Source: a candidate division WWE3 bacterium
GTDB taxonomy: Bacteria > Patescibacteriota > WWE3 > UBA101185 > UBA10185
DNA length: 64,000 bases
Reading direction: 5' to 3'
NCBI GenBank assembly: GCA_052035175.1
Contig: JBPOHV010000001.1
Coordinates: 366,773 to 430,772, forward strand
Part shown: positions 36,744 through 43,266 of the stretch, piece after piece
Position numbering within the stretch: position 1 is the stretch's first letter
How the letters are laid out: every line of letters starts with the position of its first letter
The notes under the pieces: model-generated
Seen by the model: only the letters and a program-made list of their open reading frames with translations
Told to the model about the DNA's origin: nothing
Database searches by the model: none
Position numbers and translations under genes: made by a program

Positions 36744-37982
36744 ATGAAGCCTGTAGTATCTAATGCTTTACTCGAGCGTTTTTCTACTATGCTTATCGAT
36801 CAGGCTAGAGATTTGGATACCAGTATCACAACTTTTCGTGGTAGTTGGGTAACCTCTATTTTGATGTATTTAGCCAGAGAGCGCCGACATACGTATCTTA
36901 AGAATGCACAGGTAATTTTGCCTATCAGTGTTAAAAGCTTATATACAGATAAGAATGCAACGTTTGGTAATACATATAATTATTACAAAGAATTCTATAA
37001 AAATTTGACTATATCAACTCACACTGACTTAGAGAGTTTAATTTATGCACTTACGCATGGCGCTGATTACAAAGTTACGATATTGGCTAACGGGTTTGGT
37101 ACTCTTTTACAAACTAACAACACACATTTCAGTGCAGCAATCGCTTTAAGAGAGTTGAAAAAAATAAATCCTAAAAATGTGAGCTTTATCTTTGTTAATA
37201 CTGTAGAAATTTATCCTACCGATATACAACAAATCCCTGGATTGATGTCTAGCTTCTTACAAAACATGCGTTGGCAGCAAGACTTTGTTATTGATAAGGA
37301 AAGTGTAGCTAATATTTTATGTAATGAAACAGGTAAGCGAGAGTATGAAGAGAACGATTTATTAATATCAAAAGTATTTGAATACGCATATAATGATCCT
37401 TCTGTAGTGCAAATCATAGGAAAAAATCTATTAATTGACGCAGACTTTGAGAGGCAACTTTTGTCTGCTGGTAGCATTGCTGACCTATATGAAGTGATAG
37501 GTAAAGATAAGCTTGATTCACGTTATCGCCAGATTTTGAGCAGCCTAAAAAAAGAATCAAGGCAAAGTTTGCAGTATTATCTTGAATCTGACAATTCTGC
37601 GCATTTACCGACGATTTACTTGTTAAAAACAAATTTACTTGTTAGGAGTCATGATAGCTATAAGGCAATGAACCCTCTTTTTGATCACTATTTAAAGTCT
37701 GTAGACTTTCACTCAGCAGACATTTATGAATCAAGCGTTGATAAGCTAACGCGTGCATTAACTGGTCAAGAGCAGCAACTCTTTAATCTGTTACAAGTTA
37801 AACATGGCAAATTTGCTACCAAAGACGAAATCGCTCAAACTATTTGGGGAGATACTTGGCAAGATGTGTATAGTGACTGGGCAATTGATAAGCTTGTCTC
37901 TACACTACGCAAAAAACTTGTAGACAATAATTATGAAAAGACAATAAAAGCAGTGAGAAACAAAGGTATTATGTTAGTTTGA
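36744..37982 (+). CDS. hypothetical protein with C-terminal OmpR/PhoB-type winged-helix DNA-binding domain
   Basis: C-terminus LTGQEQQLFNLL...TKDEIAQTIWGD...LVSTLRKKL...KAVRNKGIMLV matches the Trans_reg_C pattern. The N-terminal ~320 aa are unknown. Confidence 0.5.
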   Translation: MKPVVSNALLERFSTMLIDQARDLDTSITTFRGSWVTSILMYLARERRHTYLKNAQVILPISVKSLYTDKNATFGNTYNYYKEFYKNLTISTHTDLESLIYALTHGADYKVTILANGFGTLLQTNNTHFSAAIALRELKKINPKNVSFIFVNTVEIYPTDIQQIPGLMSSFLQNMRWQQDFVIDKESVANILCNETGKREYEENDLLISKVFEYAYNDPSVVQIIGKNLLIDADFERQLLSAGSIADLYEVIGKDKLDSRYRQILSSLKKESRQSLQYYLESDNSAHLPTIYLLKTNLLVRSHDSYKAMNPLFDHYLKSVDFHSADIYESSVDKLTRALTGQEQQLFNLLQVKHGKFATKDEIAQTIWGDTWQDVYSDWAIDKLVSTLRKKLVDNNYEKTIKAVRNKGIMLV

Positions 37983-38034
37983 ACTTGGTTAGCTAAAAAA
38001 TCCTAGTAAGAAAAGAAATACACCTGCATCTATC

Positions 38035-38058
38035 AAGCAGGTTTTTATAATAAAGTCG
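38035..38058 (+). terminator. Rho-independent terminator
   Basis: CCTGC-ATCTATCAA-GCAGG followed by TTTTTAT, directly after the 36744..37982 gene. Confidence 0.6.
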
Positions 38059-38167
38059 CTAAAATGTTTATTGGCTTCAAGCTATTTACTCATTTTCGCT
38101 CAGCCGCCACGCCTTGCTATAGGATAACATCTTTTCTAATAATCTTATGTTCAAAAGGAGTTAGCAA

Positions 38168-38467
38168 ATGAAAACCGGCTGGTTTTTTGCAATAATCTTC
38201 GCAGTAGTGGCTTTAATCATAGCGACACATCTAGCTTATCAACAGCCATATCTGCAAACCCTGGATCTTTATCCGGGGTCTCACGTCAAATTAAATAATG
38301 TGGATTTTTTCATGGATGAAGAAACTGGTTTTTCTGCTTCGGCTTCATGCTTGGGATCTCTGAAGCTTTATGGTGACCAGAAAGATCATTATGGATTTAC
38401 GTGTAACAACATCGACTTTGATGTTGTGTACAGCGAATCTGTAACAAAGATTTCTTGGGCTCCCTAG
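38168..38467 (+). CDS. small membrane-anchored protein (island gene 1)
   Basis: RBS AAAGGAG 7 nt upstream of the ATG. N-terminal TM WFFAIIFAVVALIIATHLAY. 99 aa. Confidence 0.4.
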   Translation: MKTGWFFAIIFAVVALIIATHLAYQQPYLQTLDLYPGSHVKLNNVDFFMDEETGFSASASCLGSLKLYGDQKDHYGFTCNNIDFDVVYSESVTKISWAP

Positions 38468-38473
38468 GAAAAG

Positions 38474-38542
38474 AGCGGGTTTGGACTCGTAGATACAGAT
38501 TAGCTTTGGCTAGTTTTTGTTTACGGTCCGACCCGCTTTTTT
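38474..38542 (+). terminator. Long-loop rho-independent terminator
   Basis: AGCGGGT...(inner GGAC..GTCC stem)...ACCCGC followed by TTTTTT. Confidence 0.5.
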
Positions 38543-38778
38543 AGTTGTGTTAGTAAGCATTTTTCTACTCAGTTTTACTCAAGCCGATATAACCTATAGC
38601 TCGTATCATATCTTCATACAATTGAATAGAACTTTGACATCCAAATACTTTTCACTAGAACTCTAGAAGGAGGCTTTTTAGGCTTAACTGCGCTGTCGAG
38701 CTTATAAAGCCTTCTTTTATGAGAAGGTTCCCCAATGTGGGGAAATGCTAATAATCGCCGCAGTTGTGGCCAAGTCAA

Positions 38779-39076
38779 GGAGCTTGATATGTCTCGAATC
38801 AATGAACTTTTCACAAATCCAGTTGTAACCTTTTTGTGGTTTTTAATCCCGACCGGGGTACTCTGGTTCTTTGGGGTTGTGGCCCTTGGTATGGGTAGCA
38901 GTCTTGGAGATCTCTTGTTCGGAGCTGTCTTTGGCGGCGCCGTAACTGCATTCTTTTTTACAGTGTCTATGGAGGCGAAAAGTCGTGGGGAGCCCGGTTG
39001 GTTTTACACCTTCTTGATCTTTGGGCTCATTTCCATTGCAATTCCCATCACTGCTTTCATTAAAGCAGCTTATTAG
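38779..39076 (+). CDS. small 3-TM membrane protein (island gene 2)
   Basis: RBS AAGGAG 7 nt upstream of ATG 38779. Hydrophobic throughout. Preceded by the hairpin TTCCCCAATGTGGGGAA. Confidence 0.45.
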
Positions 39077-39085
39077 GCTGTACCT

Positions 39086-39148
39086 AGGTGGGCGAGGTGC
39101 TCATGGATAAAGATCTTAAGATCTCACACCATGGCACCTCGCTCACTA
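39086..39148 (+). repeat. Structured hairpin repeat, copy 1 (GGTGGGCGAGGTGC...GCACCTCGCTCAC)
   Basis: Imperfect stem of about 17 bp with a roughly 22-nt loop containing the GATCTTAAGATC palindrome. Homologous to 39999-40059, with compensatory substitutions between the copies. Confidence 0.7.
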
Positions 39149-39264
39149 AATCAATTACTAGAAAAAAGTTTGTACTAGATTTCAAAAAATGAAAGTTAGT
39201 ATGAGCTTTCTTCTGGAAAAATCTAGATGAAAGGTATTATGTTGCGTTGAGTAAGGAGTTAGTA

Positions 39265-39972
39265 ATGTCTCAGAAAATCTTGTCTTTTGGTCTCGCCCTG
39301 TTCGTGGCCTTTATGGCCGCTTGCAGCGGAGGTGGAGAACCGCAGTCTAGTGTAGTAGTAACTGCATATGATTGCAAAGGCGATGTCTTGGATCTCCAAA
39401 ATCGAGACCAGTTTATCCTAAACGGTCAAGAAGTTTTATTTGCGGATCAAGGATTCGCAAATTATCAATTTCTTGACACAGACTGGAACCAGCTCGCTGC
39501 TGGTCCAGATAAAGTTCCGTCAGATTCAATTCATTTAGATGATGAAAAAGTCTCGTTGGCCGGATCTGACTGGAAAATCACAAACATAGGTACCACTGTA
39601 GAGGGGAAAAGCAGAATATGCTTTGAGGAATGGAACGTGAATTACATTCCTCCAACAGTGACGCCAACGCCAACCCCGGTTGGGGAAATTGGTCTGGCGC
39701 TAACCCCAACTCCAGCTTATTCCTGTCCCCAAGGCGAATTCAACTATGTTGAAATCGAAGCTGGGAATCCCCATTACTCTTCTCTTGATGGTGATACCAC
39801 TGTGGTTATCGAAAAAAATACAAGTGGTTTTTCCATTGAGGTGGTCGGAGAGTTTTACGTCAGTGGAGACGTAAGTATTGGTTATGGAGAAGAAGCCATA
39901 ATTGGCGATTACCGATTCCACATCATTCGTGGTTATGAGGACGCATTATGTGTCCTTGTGACTCCTCCTTAA
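39265..39972 (+). CDS. Putative lipoprotein (island gene 3)
   Basis: RBS AAGGAGTTAGTA then ATG. Signal plus lipobox-like FVAFMAAC|SGG. Pro/Thr linker PPTVTPTPTPVGEIGLALTPTP. Confidence 0.5.
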   Translation: MSQKILSFGLALFVAFMAACSGGGEPQSSVVVTAYDCKGDVLDLQNRDQFILNGQEVLFADQGFANYQFLDTDWNQLAAGPDKVPSDSIHLDDEKVSLAGSDWKITNIGTTVEGKSRICFEEWNVNYIPPTVTPTPTPVGEIGLALTPTPAYSCPQGEFNYVEIEAGNPHYSSLDGDTTVVIEKNTSGFSIEVVGEFYVSGDVSIGYGEEAIIGDYRFHIIRGYEDALCVLVTPP

Positions 39973-39998
39973 CCTAAGGAGTAAAACTAAGGAAATCA

Positions 39999-40059
39999 AG
40001 GTGGGCGAGATGCTCGTGAAGAAGATCGCATGATCAGATATCACGGCATCCGCCCACTA
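39999..40059 (+). repeat. Structured hairpin repeat, copy 2 (GGTGGGCGAGATGC...GCATCCGCCCAC)
   Basis: Same architecture as 39086-39148. The GGTGC/GCACC to GATGC/GCATC and CATGG/CCATG to CGTG/CACG changes keep the pairing intact. Confidence 0.7.
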
Positions 40060-40153
40060 AACCAAGAAGAAAGTTTCTATCAGCCTTTGGATCTCTGAAA
40101 GCAAAGATTGGTAGAAGCCTTCTGCTAAGAAGGTAAACCACAAGGAGGCAGTA

Positions 40154-40603
40154 ATGTTTTTTGTAGCGATATTGCGTAAGTTTTGGTGGATCTTGCCTGT
40201 GGCAATGGTGATTATGTTAATCGCTATGGCTATGGGAGTAGGAGATCCCGCTCCGGTTTTACCAGAGACAGAAACACCCGCCAATGAAGTTAGTGCATTA
40301 TGTACTGATTTCTTCGGCTGGTCCGTTGTGGATAGTACTGACTTTGTCAGCGCTGAATATGTGAATGGCGACATTTACGTAGAGTGGACCAATAGTGGTC
40401 CGAATCCACGCATTATGGGGGTGAACTTTTATGGCTGGATCGTCAAAGATCCACAGCCTGGTGTACATCTGGAAATTCCTCAGGGTATTCTGCTCCTCAG
40501 TGACGATGGACAAATATTGTCCATCTTACCTACAGGGCAGGATCCAGTGGTGATTGAAATAGGCACAACCTGCCTGCAAAAGCCACTGCCTACCAGAGGA
40601 TAA
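40154..40603 (+). CDS. small exported protein (island gene 4)
   Basis: RBS AAGGAGG 5 nt upstream of the ATG. N-terminal TM/signal WWILPVAMVIMLIAMAMG. 149 aa. Confidence 0.45.
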   Translation: MFFVAILRKFWWILPVAMVIMLIAMAMGVGDPAPVLPETETPANEVSALCTDFFGWSVVDSTDFVSAEYVNGDIYVEWTNSGPNPRIMGVNFYGWIVKDPQPGVHLEIPQGILLLSDDGQILSILPTGQDPVVIEIGTTCLQKPLPTRG

Positions 40604-40606
40604 ATT

Positions 40607-40671
40607 GAGCGGTAGATCGCTGTAGATAGTCCAAATCAGGACGCAATCTCTACGCGATCTACCGCTTTTTC
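40607..40671 (+). terminator. Rho-independent terminator with large structured loop
   Basis: GAGCGGTAGATCGC...GCGATCTACCGC followed by TTTTTC. Perfect 13-bp stem. Confidence 0.65.
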
Positions 40672-40786
40672 AGTTTTATACTAATGACTCATCAAATGAT
40701 ACTAGTTCTGCTTAACTCAGTTTCACTCATGCCCTCATACCTCATAGTGCTAGTATGCCGCTATTAATCTGATTAAAGGAGATGCC

Positions 40787-40990
40787 ATGTTAGTACTAAC
40801 TAAGAATACCGAACTTACCTTGTTTGGTATAAAAATTACGTTTGTAAATAACAGTTTGGATTTTTCAGCTGCATCCGAACTGGATGTTTTGTATGTCCCA
40901 GATTCCAATCCAAGAATTGTAAATGTTTGTTATCGGAATCGATCAATTTTTGTTGTGCAGCTACACGACATGCTTATTATTTCATGGTAG
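40787..40990 (+). CDS. small hypothetical protein (island gene 5, 67 aa)
   Basis: RBS AAAGGAG 5 nt upstream of the ATG. No TM helix. Confidence 0.3.
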   Translation: MLVLTKNTELTLFGIKITFVNNSLDFSAASELDVLYVPDSNPRIVNVCYRNRSIFVVQLHDMLIISW

Positions 40991-41048
40991 TTACCTTCAA
41001 TACCCAACAGTTTGGCATAAAGACCAAACTACAAATAAGGAGAATCTG

Positions 41049-41303
41049 ATGAAACGCTTTATGAAAAACCCGTTGATAACCTGGCTCGTACTTCTTGTTT
41101 TACTAACACCATTTTGGTGGTTAGCAAATGGAGGGGGCCGTGAGATAGATCTACCGCTAGCTCTGTCGGGGGTTAATGCATACATATTAATGTATGCATT
41201 GATTACTCGTGAAAAGGGTGACGCGCTCTTTTTGTCATTAGTCTATGCCGTTGCAGGACTTGTGATGCTAGGGTTTTCTTGTTATCTGATTATTATAGGG
41301 TAG
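41049..41303 (+). CDS. small 2-3 TM membrane protein (island gene 6)
   Basis: RBS AAGGAG 6 nt upstream of ATG 41049. Begins MKRFMKNPLITWLVLLVLLTPFWW. Confidence 0.4.
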   Translation: MKRFMKNPLITWLVLLVLLTPFWWLANGGGREIDLPLALSGVNAYILMYALITREKGDALFLSLVYAVAGLVMLGFSCYLIIIG

Positions 41304-41310
41304 AAAGAAA

Positions 41311-41373
41311 AAGGCGGTAGGTTTGCTGAGTACATTAATCAATGATTGATGCGCTCGCGATCTACCGCTTTTT
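41311..41373. terminator. Bidirectional rho-independent terminator sharing its 3' arm with the 40607-40671 terminator
   Basis: GAAAAAGGCGGTAG...GCGATCTACCGC followed by TTTTTC. Sits between convergent genes. The 18-nt 3' arm is identical to the 40654-40671 arm. Confidence 0.6.
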
Positions 41374-41379
41374 CTTTTC

Positions 41380-42783
41380 TTATTTATAGTAATCGTTTAA
41401 TTGACTATATGGCACTATCTTCATATCTGGGTTTTGTGTTAGCAAGTCTTTTTGTAACTGCAGATCTAACGTATCATCTCTGAATATCACAGCTTTTATA
41501 TCTTTACTAGAAACATGCATATTTCTTGGTTGTTTCGTATAACCTTTACTTGGATGCAACACGCCTTCTACGTATACACCATTGCCCTTCATTGCGCCTG
41601 CTTCAGGCGTTCCTGGTAAATATGTATAGCTCATGTGTTTTTCTATTTCAAATACTTCTCGGAATGCATGTACCATTCTTGCATCAACAAGTGAAAGCAT
41701 TTTGATTAAAGTTCCATCTGCAAATTCATGTCGTCCTATTGGTTCTCCTCGATCACCATATGTATATTCAACTCTTAAGGCTAGTGCTTCGTTGAAATGA
41801 ACAAAGATAGGTCTTTTTTTGCCCCATTCGTAGCGCTCGCCAGTTTTTTTTGAAATAAGTGCCCCGTACAATACAGAGTAAGGTTCGTTATTAACGGTTG
41901 CTTCTAATTGGGCTGGTGCGGTTGCATTCGAAAAAATAATAGTGTCGTATATTTCTAGTATCTGTTGTTCTAGTTCGTCTACTTGCATTGTGTCTATTAA
42001 TTCCGCTGCTTGAGAGTCCACTATCTCAATAGGTGAATCGCCAAGAGTGTGTTTTAATAATTCAATTGCTTCCCTCTGTTCGTTGGAATCAGCAATATTG
42101 TTGTATATTGTTTCTACCGCTTTTTCTATTTCGAGTTTTATTTTGTTTTGTATTTTTTCGCGTGTTAAAAACTTGCCAACTTTTTCAATAACTGCTATAG
42201 CCGCATTTTCACTTGTTTGCTTATTAATAGCAGTAGTTATGTTTTTTTCTGTAAATAGTGGTTCTTCTTGTATATTCTCAACTAGATGTATAAACTGAAT
42301 AACGGTTTGATTAGGCGCAGAAAAGTTTTCTAAGAAAAGTTCGTTTTTAGCCTCATCACAATCAACATCAGCGATGTTTACGCCTTTAACCTGTATTTGT
42401 ACACCACTCTCAGACTTAACCAGGCTATATTCATCTGGTAATCTTTTTTTTAATATTTCGATATCAGTATTTAATTTGGCAAATAGTATGGAGTGATCGC
42501 TTGCATTTGTTTTAAAAGAAATAGACATGAGTTCATTATCAGGAGTTTCCATTCTTATACTAGGTCCTGCTCCTAGTGTATCGATATATACTTTACACGC
42601 TTTAACCAAAGTGTCTGCGTGTGCAGTTTCATCTTCTATTACTTGTGTAAAATTCGCATACCTAGCAATTTTTTTGGTGTATGTTTCTAATAGTTCCAAC
42701 TTTAAATTTTCTTGGCTTGTTTGAACCTCATCAGCAGTGTTTTCAATATGAACTTCTTTTTCACTGGTTATATCATCAAGCAT
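41380..42783 (-). CDS. hypothetical protein (467 aa, acidic N-terminal half)
   Basis: Long ORF with no recognisable catalytic motif. Co-directional with the upstream 94-aa gene and separated from it by 8 bp. Confidence 0.5.
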   Translation of the reverse strand: MLDDITSEKEVHIENTADEVQTSQENLKLELLETYTKKIARYANFTQVIEDETAHADTLVKACKVYIDTLGAGPSIRMETPDNELMSISFKTNASDHSILFAKLNTDIEILKKRLPDEYSLVKSESGVQIQVKGVNIADVDCDEAKNELFLENFSAPNQTVIQFIHLVENIQEEPLFTEKNITTAINKQTSENAAIAVIEKVGKFLTREKIQNKIKLEIEKAVETIYNNIADSNEQREAIELLKHTLGDSPIEIVDSQAAELIDTMQVDELEQQILEIYDTIIFSNATAPAQLEATVNNEPYSVLYGALISKKTGERYEWGKKRPIFVHFNEALALRVEYTYGDRGEPIGRHEFADGTLIKMLSLVDARMVHAFREVFEIEKHMSYTYLPGTPEAGAMKGNGVYVEGVLHPSKGYTKQPRNMHVSSKDIKAVIFRDDTLDLQLQKDLLTQNPDMKIVPYSQLNDYYK

Positions 42784-42790
42784 GTAAGGT

Positions 42791-43075
42791 TTATGCTTCT
42801 CCTTGTACTAGTTTTCTCCAGTCAGTTTTTGATGGAGCAGCCGTTGGGGTTGCTTGTTTTTCATCTTTAGTGGGCTCTTCTGTTAAACCTTCAAGTTTTA
42901 TGTCAGCTGCTTCTGCTGTTTCGGCTTGGACTTCTGGTGTTCCTTGACGCATCATAGCTGCTATTCTGTTCATCGTTTTTGAGGTAATTATCGTTTCTGG
43001 TTGTTTTTCATTTGGTGTTTCATTTGTACCTGTAACTTCCGAAAGTCTTTCTAATGGCATATATTTTCCTTTCAA
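42791..43075 (-). CDS. small acidic hypothetical protein (94 aa)
   Basis: First gene of the putative two-gene operon. Low-complexity Glu/Thr/Ala/Pro-rich sequence. Confidence 0.4.
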   Translation of the reverse strand: MKGKYMPLERLSEVTGTNETPNEKQPETIITSKTMNRIAAMMRQGTPEVQAETAEAADIKLEGLTEEPTKDEKQATPTAAPSKTDWRKLVQGEA

Positions 43076-43135
43076 TTTAATATATGTAAATATGATATTC
43101 TATTTTGGTGACTTCTTCTATGAGTGAAACTGACT

Positions 43136-43155
43136 TCACAAACCCGAACATATAC
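43136..43155. promoter_or_regulatory. Candidate SOS operator (CCCGAACATAT / ATATGTTCGGGTTTG) in the uvrA divergent intergenic region
   Basis: Same ATGTTCGGGTT core as lexA and uvrB. About 65 bp upstream of the minus-strand 94-aa gene and about 120 bp upstream of uvrA. Confidence 0.4.
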
Positions 43156-43266
43156 CGTATACTGTTTTGGTCACATTTATTGCGGCAGCATTCTTTTCGT
43201 CACTAAGTCCTCGCTTTGCTGCGGAATGGTTCCTCAATAATGTTGCCGCTAATAAATTTAACTAAT

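Noticed and set aside
41380-42783. ADP-ribosyltransferase-like R / S-T-S / E-x-E motif in the 467-aa hypothetical protein
   Set aside because: Candidate residues (GDRGEP, SYTYL, EIEKH) occur in the wrong order for the ART fold, so no toxin-domain claim is made.
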